The notes under the pieces are model-generated. The model made no database searches. It was not told the origin of the DNA and saw only the letters and a program-made list of their open reading frames with translations. From a virus (Duplodnaviria > Heunggongvirae > Uroviricota > Caudoviricetes), in IMG/VR virus record IMGVR_UViG_3300034157_000063: a DNA stretch of 64,000 bases. One strand, written 5' to 3'. The position numbers and the translations under genes were made by a program. Below, one piece after another: positions 1-10,857 of this stretch. Positions within the stretch are counted from its first letter, which is position 1. Each line of letters starts with the position of its first letter.

Positions 1-318
1 ATGGATAATTACATAAAAGATAAAGACCCTTTTTATACGTTCTTAAAAAAGTTCATTGCTGATAATTCAAAGATGAATGATGACTATCGAATTGTGTATA
101 CGGAAATTGTTGAAGACATCTATCCAGTTTTAAAAGATATTGGGCAACCTATTAAATTGAATATGCCTGCTAAACAGACTTTTACTGATAATCAGCTAGA
201 GCTGTTGTGTTTTATTCATTATCGTTTGAAATATGATACAACACCTGTTGACGAATCAGCTAGGTTTATATTTTTACAAGAAGCCAATAAAAGAATGGAA
301 GAATACTTAAATGAATGA
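1..318 (+). CDS. hypothetical protein (possibly 5'-truncated by the window edge)
   Basis: 105-aa ORF whose end overlaps the start of the next gene. Confidence 0.6.
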   Translation: MDNYIKDKDPFYTFLKKFIADNSKMNDDYRIVYTEIVEDIYPVLKDIGQPIKLNMPAKQTFTDNQLELLCFIHYRLKYDTTPVDESARFIFLQEANKRMEEYLNE

Positions 319-955
319 ACTCTGTAATATTGTCAGTTCGACATTGTTTGAACAGACTGCTGATCTCAATCACAGTCAATATAAAAAACTCTCTACGGAT
401 ACGACTAACATCGTGTTTAATGTGCCTTATTTAACCATGTCGATTATTGAAGAACCTGAACGGTGGGTGTTTATTATCAAAATGACAGTTAAAGATAATA
501 GAGATTTCTTTGATACAATGAAAATGAATGGATTTATCTTTAAACATGACATTGAAAGTGATTTAAGAGAAAAATTCGAACCTATTCATGACCAAAAAGA
601 TCTGATTGCTGCTAAATTTAATCTTCATGTAAACTATGTCATTGAGCACATGTTTTACTTTACAAAAGAAAATGATCTATATGAACAATGGTCAACCTGC
701 ACTCATGATATCAAGGGTGCCTATTTATTCATAAAAGTTCAAAGTGATACCAATAGTACACCCATTTACACCTATTTTGGATATCACAATCAAAACTTAA
801 TACATAAGACCTTTAAAACGCTTCATAATTATGAATTTTGCGTTATTTACCTGCAGCAGAGGTTCTATGAAAAGGGTAACTTATCCATTTGTGATGAGAT
901 CACCTATGATAATGTTGATCGATACTTTGAATTATTGAATATGGTTGAAATTTAA
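311..955 (+). CDS. orphan protein with C-terminal MxxI tag
   Basis: 214 aa, ends YFELLNMVEI. Confidence 0.8.
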   Translation: MNELCNIVSSTLFEQTADLNHSQYKKLSTDTTNIVFNVPYLTMSIIEEPERWVFIIKMTVKDNRDFFDTMKMNGFIFKHDIESDLREKFEPIHDQKDLIAAKFNLHVNYVIEHMFYFTKENDLYEQWSTCTHDIKGAYLFIKVQSDTNSTPIYTYFGYHNQNLIHKTFKTLHNYEFCVIYLQQRFYEKGNLSICDEITYDNVDRYFELLNMVEI

Positions 956-976
956 AAAATTAGCGTTTGTCTACTT

Positions 977-1765
977 TTAAATATTTTCCATTTTTATAAC
1001 TGATATTTTATTTTTAATCATTTCTTTATCTTCAATGTTTGTAAAGTACTCATAAGCAGCTTTAAATCCTTCGGCTGTTTTTACTTTTTGAGTAACCATG
1101 TAATCAAATAGGTCCGTCATTGCAACACTCCCCATTTCAATATAATTCAACAGATTAATAAACATCTTATCCTGTGCTAATTGAGCTTCGTTAACATTAA
1201 GTTTTGTTAAGCTAAAATAATTTTCTGGGTTTGGTTTCTGTTCCCAGTAATTATACTCCATATTTAAGGTTATTGTTTCGTCTTTAAGTGTATAATTAAA
1301 ATCGACAACCGATGTCGTGTCATACTCTTCATTTTCGTAGATATAATGACGAATAATACTACGATAACTGACTTCGTATGAATCAATTTTAAAATCATCA
1401 TAGAAATTAATATAAATTGAATCAGGGTATGTGTCTTTCAATGGTAAATCATTATACAAGGCCCAATCAGAAAAAAAGACATCACTACTGTTAAGCAATA
1501 ATTTATTGTTAGAATCATATTTAAAAGAGTACGTAAAACACAATTCATTAAAGGGACTCTTTGCATAAATCATGATAGAATATAGGTTTCCATTGAGCTT
1601 ATCAAAAACGCTTAGTCTAGCTTCGGATTCAAATTCATAAGCATTTATATCAACTTTACAGACATGTTTAGCCACATCAATAGACACTTCTATTAATTTT
1701 GCTGTATCTGACTCATTAACTGTAATAGAATCTTGTTTAAAATCAGTTTTAATAGAATACATCAA
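977..1765 (-). CDS. orphan protein with C-terminal MxxI tag
   Basis: 262 aa, GAGG RBS upstream, ends ISVIKMENI. Confidence 0.8.
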   Translation of the reverse strand: MMYSIKTDFKQDSITVNESDTAKLIEVSIDVAKHVCKVDINAYEFESEARLSVFDKLNGNLYSIMIYAKSPFNELCFTYSFKYDSNNKLLLNSSDVFFSDWALYNDLPLKDTYPDSIYINFYDDFKIDSYEVSYRSIIRHYIYENEEYDTTSVVDFNYTLKDETITLNMEYNYWEQKPNPENYFSLTKLNVNEAQLAQDKMFINLLNYIEMGSVAMTDLFDYMVTQKVKTAEGFKAAYEYFTNIEDKEMIKNKISVIKMENI

Positions 1766-1883
1766 TCAACCTCGCTTCTAGCGTTTTTACCTATGTTAAT
1801 ATGGTTTTAACGAGTTTTCAGTATATCAAAAAATAAGAAAAAGTTCAAGAAATAAAAAACAACCCGGAGGTTGTTTGATTTTG

Positions 1884-2795
1884 CTATGCAGTTAGTTTAT
1901 TTCTTGATTTCGGTTTTTCAACAACAGGGGATTCATCAGTAGCTTTCAATTTTGATTTGATCGCTGCTAGATTTTTTTCATCCGCTATGTCTGAATACCT
2001 ACTGGCCGCTGTGCCATGTTTAATGTTATCGTAAACCATCTCATCAATCACTTCATTTCCAGAAATGAACTCTAATTCATAAGCTTCTATAATCGTCCTG
2101 TTTTCAGAAACAAAATCATTTAATAACTTTTCAATTTCAATCATTTCATCTAAACATTCTTCTTCAAGCAAATCTTCATCGTCATCACAATCAGATAACA
2201 ACTCATCATATTTCTCAGCCATGTCAGACATCAAACACATCATGCTTCCATGAATATCAGACGCTGAACCTAAAACAAATTCATAATCATGACCAGAACC
2301 AACTATTAATCCTTCTACTCTTTCGTAATCAATTTCTAATGTATCGAGTGCAGCAATAACGTCGCTGACACACTCACCATCGAATGCTCCACCTACTAAA
2401 ACCTTAGATTCCTGAGCTTTTAGTTCTTTTTGCCATTCAGTTATTTCAATCACATCTTCTTCCCCGTGATAGTCACGAGTGCCTTGACACCAATCAATAT
2501 TTCTAGTTTCTTCTGGATAGCCATTATCTTCGTCATTAGGATCTCGATACCATGCATATCCATAAGTATGCACATCGAGTTGTATTCCTTTATTTTTGCA
2601 CATGGATTCAAGTAGTTCATACTCATGATTGAGTTCATAATCTTCGAAAAGTGTGATGATGATTTTATCAAGTTCTTCGGTTGATGCCACGAAATCTAAG
2701 ACTTTGCTCATACATTCTTCAAAATTAGTGTTATGAAGATCTCGTAATGGACCTTCCCAGTAGCTTTCGAAATGTTGCAACAATAATACTTTCAT
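1884..2795 (-). CDS. divergent cysteine-hydrolase (isochorismatase/nicotinamidase-like) protein with acidic C-domain and Lys-rich tail
   Basis: N-terminal strand KVLLLQHFE; VLVGGAFDGECVSD resembles the catalytic-Cys loop of isochorismatase-fold enzymes; tail KPKSRNKLTA. Confidence 0.4.
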   Translation of the reverse strand: MKVLLLQHFESYWEGPLRDLHNTNFEECMSKVLDFVASTEELDKIIITLFEDYELNHEYELLESMCKNKGIQLDVHTYGYAWYRDPNDEDNGYPEETRNIDWCQGTRDYHGEEDVIEITEWQKELKAQESKVLVGGAFDGECVSDVIAALDTLEIDYERVEGLIVGSGHDYEFVLGSASDIHGSMMCLMSDMAEKYDELLSDCDDDEDLLEEECLDEMIEIEKLLNDFVSENRTIIEAYELEFISGNEVIDEMVYDNIKHGTAASRYSDIADEKNLAAIKSKLKATDESPVVEKPKSRNKLTA

Positions 2796-2875
2796 TTAAA
2801 TCTCTTTATTTTTATTATAGTATACCATAAACAAAAAAACCACCAAGTGGTGGTCTTTAAACGAGTATGAAATAA

Positions 2876-3190
2876 TTATAGATTTTGAACGATTTGTTTC
2901 ATAGCATCAATTTCATTTCTTACTTTATGAAAATAACTGTCGCCAATAAGAACTTCGCTATCATCACTAATTTTTACACCTTGAAGTTCTGGGTTGAACA
3001 CACGAAGTGCTTTTAAAGTAGACTCTTTCACTCGGCAATATTTGTCCAAGGAATAGATTGCAGCTCTAAATATAAGGATGACATTTTCGTAGTCATCATC
3101 TGTTAATTCGCAAGACTCTTTTAATTCTCTCACGAACCCTTTTCCGTATCTTACTTCCATTGTTTCCAGCAGAACTTTAGTATTCGACAT
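2876..3190 (-). CDS. hypothetical protein
   Basis: 104 aa with AGGAGG RBS. Confidence 0.75.
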   Translation of the reverse strand: MSNTKVLLETMEVRYGKGFVRELKESCELTDDDYENVILIFRAAIYSLDKYCRVKESTLKALRVFNPELQGVKISDDSEVLIGDSYFHKVRNEIDAMKQIVQNL

Positions 3191-3362
3191 AGAGCCTCCT
3201 TTTTCTATATCATAGCATTGTTATTTTTTTATTTCAATATGATATTAAAAAATAGTTACTCTTTATACTGTAAATAGTAGATTTTTAACCTTTAGCATAA
3301 CAGATAGAACTATACACAACTTATAAGAAATGGTATAATAAGAAACATTTTGGAGATCATAA

Positions 3363-3899
3363 ATGATTCAAAAACTGAAAGACATTCATTTTACAGCTAA
3401 TATTCATTTCAGAAATAAAGACGTGGCTATTGCTCGTGGTTTCGATAATGTAGAAGCAATGGAAGACAGTATTATTAACCAGTGGAATACCCAAGTAAAA
3501 CCAGATGACACTGTTTATATTTTGGGTGGGTTTTGTTCTATTGCAAAAGGTGCTCTTCAATCTTACATGAACCTTGTGTATGAACTCAATGGACATAAAC
3601 ACTTTGTGTTAAGTTCAGAAGATCATATGGATACCTTTGAGCAAATGATGACAGACAAGAATTTAGGCATTGAGAGTGTATCTCAATACAAAGAAATCAT
3701 GTTTCTTAAACAGAAAGTTGTATTAATGCACTATCCTATGCTTGAATGGCCCGGTATGTCTGGTATTCGTGGGTCAGTTCATTTGCATGGTGGCAAGCTG
3801 CATAGTCAGGTAGATATTAAAAGGATTAACGTTTCTTATGATTCAGAGATGAAACTCTATACTGCAGAAGATATTCTTCATAGGATTACACGAAGTTAA
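3363..3899 (+). CDS. calcineurin-like metallophosphoesterase fold, catalytically degenerate
   Basis: Motif order retained (FTANIHF, WNTQVKPDDTVYILGGF, LNGHKHFVLSSED, MHYP, HLHGGKLH) but metal ligands substituted. Confidence 0.75.
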   Translation: MIQKLKDIHFTANIHFRNKDVAIARGFDNVEAMEDSIINQWNTQVKPDDTVYILGGFCSIAKGALQSYMNLVYELNGHKHFVLSSEDHMDTFEQMMTDKNLGIESVSQYKEIMFLKQKVVLMHYPMLEWPGMSGIRGSVHLHGGKLHSQVDIKRINVSYDSEMKLYTAEDILHRITRS

Positions 3900-3959
3900 G
3901 CAATTGATTGATGTTTCTCTATGGTTGTGGTATAATATCGACCAAATGAGGAATTATGA

Positions 3960-4631
3960 ATGAGTTCGGAATATCAAAGAAATTATTATATGCAGGTGCT
4001 AAGAGAACGACTTGTGTATGATAAAGAAAATTATGAATTGACAGTATCTCCAGTGAGAACGTCTAACCATAACATTCAATTGATGTTCAAAGGTTTTTAT
4101 ATAGATATGGATATGAAAATGATTCTTGTTATTGAAGGAGAGAAACTAGTTCTTTTTTTTGATGACAAATCAAAAATTCAACGGGCTGACCGCGTATTCA
4201 ATATCGGTGTAAAGGGTGAACTCGATAGACAAATATTGAACCAAATCGAAGTCATTACTAATCAACTTAAATTTGTCAATTACTTTTTGTTTGATAATAG
4301 GCAATATGCAACAGATAACAATTATAATTCAGTTGATTTTAAAATTAACACACCCAATGACATTCTTAAATTCTCAAAAGAACTTAAACCATTTATGCCT
4401 ACCCATTGCTTGGATAGCAAAATTATTGTTAGGTTTATGCTTAATGATGATTTCACAAGATTTGAACCACATTTTTTTGTAAATTCAAGAATTGATGGAA
4501 ACTTATACTCAGGGACACCAGAAGAAGTTATTAACCATTTGTTAGTAGCCTATGCTTGTGAGCCACTTAATAAAAAATTAGAAGACTTAACGTTAAGAGA
4601 TCATACTCTATTAGCAATGGTGAAAATATGA
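3960..4631 (+). CDS. orphan protein with C-terminal MxxI tag
   Basis: 223 aa, ends HTLLAMVKI; TGGTATAAT and GAGG upstream. Confidence 0.8.
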   Translation: MSSEYQRNYYMQVLRERLVYDKENYELTVSPVRTSNHNIQLMFKGFYIDMDMKMILVIEGEKLVLFFDDKSKIQRADRVFNIGVKGELDRQILNQIEVITNQLKFVNYFLFDNRQYATDNNYNSVDFKINTPNDILKFSKELKPFMPTHCLDSKIIVRFMLNDDFTRFEPHFFVNSRIDGNLYSGTPEEVINHLLVAYACEPLNKKLEDLTLRDHTLLAMVKI

Positions 4632-5332
4632 ATGATGTAAAATTAAATAACATACCAGATAACATACCTGAAGAAATTTTCGAAAAAGTTTTATCTGCAC
4701 TTGAATATAATGTTAAGGCGATGGGTAAAGATATTATTTTGGAAAGTTTAAGTTGTCCTAACGAACACTTGTACGAAATTTATTTTAATCTGAGTAAAGA
4801 CGGTGAGGTCACAGAAGATTACTATAATTTGATGCGTTCTGCTGAATTGGACGAGAATGAATCTCCTGATGAGTTTAATTTAATTTATTATGACCGATAT
4901 AGCATTATTAATTATATGAGTAATTTTTTAACGATGTCTGATTCTTTTCTGGGCGTATTACGAAACTATTATGAAGAGTTCAGTGAACTTTATAAATCCT
5001 TTTTGGGCATTGAGATTACTTCAACTAAACCAGAAACCTTGGAAGATATGATTGATTCGATGTATTATGATGGTGATAACTATTTTCTTAGAACTGTTAT
5101 CGTTGATGATGTGCATGAAAATAAAATCATGATAATTGTAGACCCTATGTTAAATATTGAAACGAAAACCTTCTTTTTTAAATTTAGATATTTCATTGGG
5201 CATGACCAGTATGCCAACTTTGAAGAAATGAAAGCTGGTTTTATTAGCAAATATGTGACACTGCCAGAAGGTGAAACGCCGGAATATTTTTGGAAACTTA
5301 CTACAGACGATAATAAAAAGGAAGATCAATGA
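4628..5332 (+). CDS. orphan protein, paralogue of 5329..6009 but without the tag
   Basis: Shares PE..ED....YDGDN[YF] block with the next gene. Confidence 0.75.
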   Translation: MNDVKLNNIPDNIPEEIFEKVLSALEYNVKAMGKDIILESLSCPNEHLYEIYFNLSKDGEVTEDYYNLMRSAELDENESPDEFNLIYYDRYSIINYMSNFLTMSDSFLGVLRNYYEEFSELYKSFLGIEITSTKPETLEDMIDSMYYDGDNYFLRTVIVDDVHENKIMIIVDPMLNIETKTFFFKFRYFIGHDQYANFEEMKAGFISKYVTLPEGETPEYFWKLTTDDNKKEDQ

Positions 5333-6009
5333 AAACTACACTCAGTAAAGAAGAAGTTGCACAAGAACTTTTGGTAATCATGAAAGAAAATATTATCTCT
5401 GATCTACCTTTAAAACATGTAAAGGTTAAATTAAATCGTTCTGAGGATTTTTTACTTCTGGGTTTTGTTGATGAATATTCATATATTTTATCGAATGACA
5501 CCATTTTCTTTTCACCAGAAGACGATGATTATGAAGACGATGTTTTCCTTATTGATTGTTATAGAAAGCAAGGCTTTTTAGATATTGAAAAATATTTCAA
5601 TATTACAGGAAAAGAAACCATCCTTGAGTTTTTTTGTAGAGTGTATGATGAAGTTCATTCAATCTATAAATTTGCTTATGGTGAAAAGCACACAGGTGTT
5701 AAACGTCCAGAAAAAATAGATGATATTTTGTATTATACTCAATACGATGGTGATAATTTTTGTTTCGAACTGAATGCATACGCTGATCAGCTTGGACATG
5801 AGTTTACAATAAGAATGTATCCAATTGTTAACTTACAAAAGAGAAGAATTGAAATAGATTATAGAATTCTTTCGGGGGATGTTGAATATTACGACTACAA
5901 TCAGTCTATTGCTGATCTTTTTGATAGTGTTATTTTTTCGAAGATTGGTAAAAATAAAGAAGACCTTACTCCCGAAGATTCTACGGTTCTTCAAATGTTG
6001 AATGTATAA
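5329..6009 (+). CDS. orphan protein with C-terminal MxxV tag
   Basis: 226 aa, ends STVLQMLNV. Confidence 0.8.
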   Translation: MKTTLSKEEVAQELLVIMKENIISDLPLKHVKVKLNRSEDFLLLGFVDEYSYILSNDTIFFSPEDDDYEDDVFLIDCYRKQGFLDIEKYFNITGKETILEFFCRVYDEVHSIYKFAYGEKHTGVKRPEKIDDILYYTQYDGDNFCFELNAYADQLGHEFTIRMYPIVNLQKRRIEIDYRILSGDVEYYDYNQSIADLFDSVIFSKIGKNKEDLTPEDSTVLQMLNV

Positions 6010-6030
6010 TTATTCTTGGAGTTTCAAATT

Positions 6031-6678
6031 ATGACTATAAAGCCTGTAATATCTCCTGAAACATTGGATTCTTTAATGCCACTTTTTTTAAAGACTTTAA
6101 ATACTATTTACTCGAGTAAGGCAAAGCTATCTGATATGGATAACTACGATAGAACCGCCGAGGAAGAAGATCGTATTATTTTTTATAAAAAAGAAAATGA
6201 AACCGATTCGATGTTTAAATTTGTTCATAACCATTATGCAACACCAAATAAACATAATGTCAGTTTTCAAAATTTTGATATGGATTTAGATTTGTATATG
6301 AACAATTTCTTAAATCTCTGTTCTGTGTATAGTGATAATTCTTATTTTTTTGTAGAGACAAGACTCTATTTAGATCGTATTTCAAATAGTTGGTTACTTA
6401 ATAAGTTGTTCCCACCAAAAGTAGCTAATGACAACATCAAAATAGAAATAGAAATACATTTTAACCAATACCTAACAGGAGCGTTTTATTTAGCCTGCCA
6501 GTATGTTAATGGCATCATGATTATACAAAATAAAAAAGATGTTCATCATTTTTTTGAAACAGTTACCAATAATTTGAAAGAACTTTTACATTTGACTGAA
6601 GAGATTAATTTAGACCATACTCAAACAGAAGCCGACTTTAAAGAAAGTACACTGATATTACACATGGCAACTATTTAA
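6031..6678 (+). CDS. orphan protein with C-terminal MxxI tag; paralogue of 6713..7393
   Basis: Shared FDMxLDLY, FxET, NKLFxPKxAxDNIK; ends LILHMATI; ATG after GGAG chosen as start. Confidence 0.8.
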   Translation: MTIKPVISPETLDSLMPLFLKTLNTIYSSKAKLSDMDNYDRTAEEEDRIIFYKKENETDSMFKFVHNHYATPNKHNVSFQNFDMDLDLYMNNFLNLCSVYSDNSYFFVETRLYLDRISNSWLLNKLFPPKVANDNIKIEIEIHFNQYLTGAFYLACQYVNGIMIIQNKKDVHHFFETVTNNLKELLHLTEEINLDHTQTEADFKESTLILHMATI

Positions 6679-6712
6679 AAACATGAAATTACAATAGTAG
6701 GATTAAAAAACT

Positions 6713-7393
6713 ATGACCGATAAAAAAACGCTTGATAAGAAAATTAAAAGTATGTATAAAAATATGTATTTGTCCAAGAAGTCTATCAATTCTTTAAAAC
6801 CTAGCATAAAAAATGGTATGAATAACATTTATTCAGCCAATGTAACATTATCGAGAATTATCTCAAATTCTGCTGTGACTGATGATGATATAGAGAATGG
6901 TGTTTTTTTTGTTAAGAGTAATGGACCAACTTATGAACTTTTCCACGTCGTTCATCGACATTACTCGACAGAATTACAAAATATAACAAATTTTAGCAAA
7001 TTTGATATGAATTTGGATCTATATTTTAACAATCTAATCGCATTCTATTCATTGTATAATACAGATGTCCATCTTTTTATAGAAACAAAATTTTATTTTG
7101 ACAAAGCCTATAATATTTCAATTATGAATAAATTATTTTCACCAAAATTAGCAGATGATAATATAAAACTAACAGTTCATTTTCAATCTGGTGACAAGTT
7201 CCTTGGTAAAGTTGATATTCTGTGTCGTTTTGTTGATGGAAAAATCAAAGTAAAAAAGAAAGAATTTCTTGTTAATTCATTAAAAGATTTAGCCAATTAT
7301 TACAATGTAGGAGATGTAATGGATGTAGATTTTACACTTCCCTCCCATGAGTTTTCTGAACAGCTTTTCTTGTTGAAAATGCTTACTATTTAA
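6713..7393 (+). CDS. orphan protein with C-terminal MxxI tag
   Basis: 226 aa, ends LFLLKMLTI. Confidence 0.8.
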   Translation: MTDKKTLDKKIKSMYKNMYLSKKSINSLKPSIKNGMNNIYSANVTLSRIISNSAVTDDDIENGVFFVKSNGPTYELFHVVHRHYSTELQNITNFSKFDMNLDLYFNNLIAFYSLYNTDVHLFIETKFYFDKAYNISIMNKLFSPKLADDNIKLTVHFQSGDKFLGKVDILCRFVDGKIKVKKKEFLVNSLKDLANYYNVGDVMDVDFTLPSHEFSEQLFLLKMLTI

Positions 7394-7471
7394 GAAAAAC
7401 TTTCTTTTTTAGATGTCATTGAATTAAATCAATCTTATTATATAATAGGATAAACAAATAAAGGTGAAGAT

Positions 7472-8026
7472 ATGTATTTAGATACCGATTTTTTAAGAAA
7501 AAACCATCAAATGATACATTTCTTTGGTTTGGGTTTTGTCCAGCTAAAATTAGACAATAATTTAAGAATGCATTTCTATCACCCAGACGTTAATCCCATA
7601 GTCAACGTAGAAGAAATTCATAATCATAGATATGACTTTATTTCAACTATCATGGCGGGAAAAATCACACAAGAGTTGTTTACTATACATTCGGGTCTTG
7701 GTGATTACATTATGGTTGAAGAAAATTGCAAACAAGAAAAAATAGTAAAACCACAAAAAGTGAATGTGATTGTTATTCCAGAGAGTGTTCAACATTTTAG
7801 AAAAGGTGACAGCTATACATCGTTAAGTCATGAGTTTCATAGGATATCAACAGACTTTGCCATTACACGTTTGTATCGTGGGGCCGTAGTTCTTGAAAAT
7901 GCTTCGGTAATTAAAGAGAAAAACGCAGAAACAGTCTGTCCATTCAGTAAACAGTTAACAAAAGAAGAATGCTGGGAAATCGTTGATAGTTGTATCAATA
8001 TTAGTAAAGCAACTGTTCACAATTAA
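7472..8026 (+). CDS. cupin/double-stranded beta-helix metalloprotein
   Basis: RMHFYHP, IHNHRYDFISTIMAG (HxH) and distal EFHRI. Confidence 0.55.
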   Translation: MYLDTDFLRKNHQMIHFFGLGFVQLKLDNNLRMHFYHPDVNPIVNVEEIHNHRYDFISTIMAGKITQELFTIHSGLGDYIMVEENCKQEKIVKPQKVNVIVIPESVQHFRKGDSYTSLSHEFHRISTDFAITRLYRGAVVLENASVIKEKNAETVCPFSKQLTKEECWEIVDSCINISKATVHN

Positions 8027-8144
8027 TTTTAAGTTAATTATAAAAAGATATCTTAGGATGTCTTTTTTTTATTAAACTTTTAGTTTACAACTATACGCAG
8101 AATGTATTACAATACGAGATCTATTATTTGGGAGTCAATTATAC

Positions 8145-8684
8145 ATGGCTATTACACTAAGCAAGTCTATTCCAGACAACATTATTGAAAGAATGAAAAA
8201 AATATTCACTGTTACTTTTAATGACAGAGGCGACATGAAGCTACTCATCAATAACAAGACGTTAAAACAAATTCTAGTTGATTCTCAATTATTAGATGAT
8301 TCTGAATGTATCATTACTGAACATTTTAAATTTGTGGCATCAGGAAAAGAGACAATTGTTAACGGCGAAGTGTTGGCTTATACAGTTAGTCTGAATGTTC
8401 GTGACTCTATTGATATAGATTTTATCTTTAAACCGCATGATTTAGAAATATTGTTCAAAGATTCACTTTATTGGAAGTCATTTTATTTCTATTCAAGAAG
8501 GAATCTTCAAGACAATGGTAACATTTATGAAGATATTGACCCCGCAATCATTCCTTACATGATTTACGGTAAATACATTACTGAAATGGATGGGGCTGTT
8601 GATGATAGCCTTATCGGGCTATATCGTAAAGGTGAACGCAACTTTAAAAATCTTTTGGTTTTAAATGACATGGTTAAAATTTAA
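8145..8684 (+). CDS. orphan protein with C-terminal MxxI tag
   Basis: 179 aa, ends LLVLNDMVKI. Confidence 0.8.
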   Translation: MAITLSKSIPDNIIERMKKIFTVTFNDRGDMKLLINNKTLKQILVDSQLLDDSECIITEHFKFVASGKETIVNGEVLAYTVSLNVRDSIDIDFIFKPHDLEILFKDSLYWKSFYFYSRRNLQDNGNIYEDIDPAIIPYMIYGKYITEMDGAVDDSLIGLYRKGERNFKNLLVLNDMVKI

Positions 8685-8761
8685 ACAAACAGTTAAAAAG
8701 CATGGAAAAAAGTCTATCTTTATGCTATAATATAGGTATTATTGAGATATGAGGATTTTCC

Positions 8762-9610
8762 ATGAGATATACAGAATCAACAACTTTATTCAATCTAGAC
8801 AAGATTGATTATAAAGCACTGACGAATAAGATTCGCAATTCAAAAAAGAACATTACTATTAATCTTACACGGATTGAACCTTTTTTGAAGTTGATTCAAG
8901 CTGAATACCAAATTGTAAACAAAATGGATATCCCTGTTTTTTTTGAATTTACTATTTCAGGGGGCCACCATCCCACTGTTATGATGAGGTTTGAACATAT
9001 TGATAACAAAATTAAAAACGTTAATATGTTGGCACACGTTTCAAATAATAGTCGTGAGTTAAGTTTTGATATGAGTTTGCTTGATTTTAATAAACATAAT
9101 CTAACCCCAGAAGATATGTTTCTAAGGTTATGTCATAGATATGCGGGTAAGGAAAGTCATGACATTGTTTGTAGCTTGTATTCTAAGCATTTGTTAAAAA
9201 TTTTAAAGAAAATGGATATTTTGTTAAATTGTAACGAGAACATTTACAGAACAGTTTACGAAAAAGGTATCTATGTAGAAACTAATAAGATTATTTGTGA
9301 TTATTTTGATGTAAGAATATCTACAAAAGAAATTAAGATTGAAAGTAAAGCGAAACATAAATCGGGTTATTTTGAGAGTCTTTTCTCTATTAATGTAGAC
9401 ACAGGAGCATGTATTGTTCTGGATGATATTAAGATCAAGTTTGAAATCTATAATCAGACAATTAAATTAACTTATGAAGAATTTATGATGGCTGACGTAA
9501 AAGACATTGAACTTGCTATTATTTCATTGGTTAGACTAAAGAACGTAACCATCAATGACATGGATAACTTGAAAGCAGAACTGTCGCTCCATGAAATGAT
9601 ACATATTTAA
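8762..9610 (+). CDS. orphan protein with C-terminal MxxI tag
   Basis: 282 aa, ends LSLHEMIHI; TGCTATAAT and GAGGA upstream. Confidence 0.8.
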   Translation: MRYTESTTLFNLDKIDYKALTNKIRNSKKNITINLTRIEPFLKLIQAEYQIVNKMDIPVFFEFTISGGHHPTVMMRFEHIDNKIKNVNMLAHVSNNSRELSFDMSLLDFNKHNLTPEDMFLRLCHRYAGKESHDIVCSLYSKHLLKILKKMDILLNCNENIYRTVYEKGIYVETNKIICDYFDVRISTKEIKIESKAKHKSGYFESLFSINVDTGACIVLDDIKIKFEIYNQTIKLTYEEFMMADVKDIELAIISLVRLKNVTINDMDNLKAELSLHEMIHI

Positions 9611-9616
9611 ATTTAG

Positions 9617-10042
9617 GTGATAAAGATGAAACAGAAAAAATTAGATGGAAACACATTACTCAGCAGAGAAGATTTTAAAACAGCCTGTTTTGAAAGAGAT
9701 AATCACACCTGTATATTTTGTGACAAACCATCTGTTGATAGTCACCATATCATCGAACGAAAATTATTTGATGATGGCGGATATTACTTAAATAACGCTG
9801 CCAGTGTTTGTGAATCACATCACATCGAATGTGAAAAGACTTTGATTACTGTTGAGGCTGTTTATGCGGCGGCTAACATTACCGATCCTAAACGACCTGA
9901 GTATTTTGAAACTGGTGTGGTCTATGATAAATGGGGAAATATTATTGTTTCTGATGTCAAGCGTATTCCCGGTCTTTTGTTTGAAGATACTGCAGTTCAA
10001 AAGATATTTAAGAATTTAGGCACTATTTGGATGTTTTATTGA
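9617..10042 (+). CDS. HNH endonuclease-family protein
   Basis: RDNHTCIFC...DSHHII...NNAASVCESHH. Confidence 0.75.
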   Translation: MIKMKQKKLDGNTLLSREDFKTACFERDNHTCIFCDKPSVDSHHIIERKLFDDGGYYLNNAASVCESHHIECEKTLITVEAVYAAANITDPKRPEYFETGVVYDKWGNIIVSDVKRIPGLLFEDTAVQKIFKNLGTIWMFY

Positions 10043-10051
10043 GGGTAAACC

Positions 10052-10849
10052 ATGAATAAGAGTCAAGTGATTACACAAGAAACCATTGATACCTTCTCGA
10101 AGGCATTCAAAAAACGCCTAATTAACGAAGACTCATTAGTAACTATCACGTATCTTCAACATGGTGATACACAAGGTATTGTGAATGTGGACAATGTTCG
10201 TGTGGGCAAAATTATTACTTTTTTTGCAAACATGCCATTTCCCGAAGACATGTATCTTTATTTCTTTCCTGACTATTCGTTCTTTGATTATTGTAAAATG
10301 GATTCAATCACTCAATTTTTAGACTATTCCTCACAGCTTTTGAAAAACACACTCGTTACATTGAATGTATTAAAAGCCAGCGACAAAACACCCCAGAAAG
10401 GTTTGTTGGACTTTCGTTTTGATCTTCAACATGAAGACAAGCCGTTCTATGGCACACTATGCTCTGAAACCATTTGTTTTAATGAAACAGGTAATCTCGT
10501 TTATCGGATGATTAGAGAAGGTGATGAGTTTAAAGTAGTTGATGATTTCAAATACTCGATTCATAACAATACTTTGAATCTTTTTGACATGAAAAGATTT
10601 AGTAACCTGTTAAGTGTTCTCTTCATTAAGGATGATGACTGTTATTGCATTCGTGATAATTCAATGACAACTATTATTCACTCTATTGAATTTTCTGCAA
10701 ATGAACCACTTCCAGATATTAAACACTTTGCTGACATTGTGTTTTATTATTCAGTGATGATAGAAATTGGCATGGAGTGTCCATTATTTGAAAACTATCT
10801 TAATAATTTAGAAGAATATAAAAAGCTTGTTGAAATGACCGTTATTTAG
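10052..10849 (+). CDS. orphan protein with C-terminal MxxI tag; paralogue of 13277..14125
   Basis: Shared RLxNE, LYFxP, FKxVDDFK, HSxxF, PDxKxF, FYYS; ends YKKLVEMTVI. Confidence 0.8.
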   Translation: MNKSQVITQETIDTFSKAFKKRLINEDSLVTITYLQHGDTQGIVNVDNVRVGKIITFFANMPFPEDMYLYFFPDYSFFDYCKMDSITQFLDYSSQLLKNTLVTLNVLKASDKTPQKGLLDFRFDLQHEDKPFYGTLCSETICFNETGNLVYRMIREGDEFKVVDDFKYSIHNNTLNLFDMKRFSNLLSVLFIKDDDCYCIRDNSMTTIIHSIEFSANEPLPDIKHFADIVFYYSVMIEIGMECPLFENYLNNLEEYKKLVEMTVI

Positions 10850-10857
10850 GAGGTTAC

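Noticed and set aside
9617-10042. HNH protein as a member of the MxxI tag family (ends TIWMFY)
   Set aside because: Met is at -3 rather than -4, so it was not counted.
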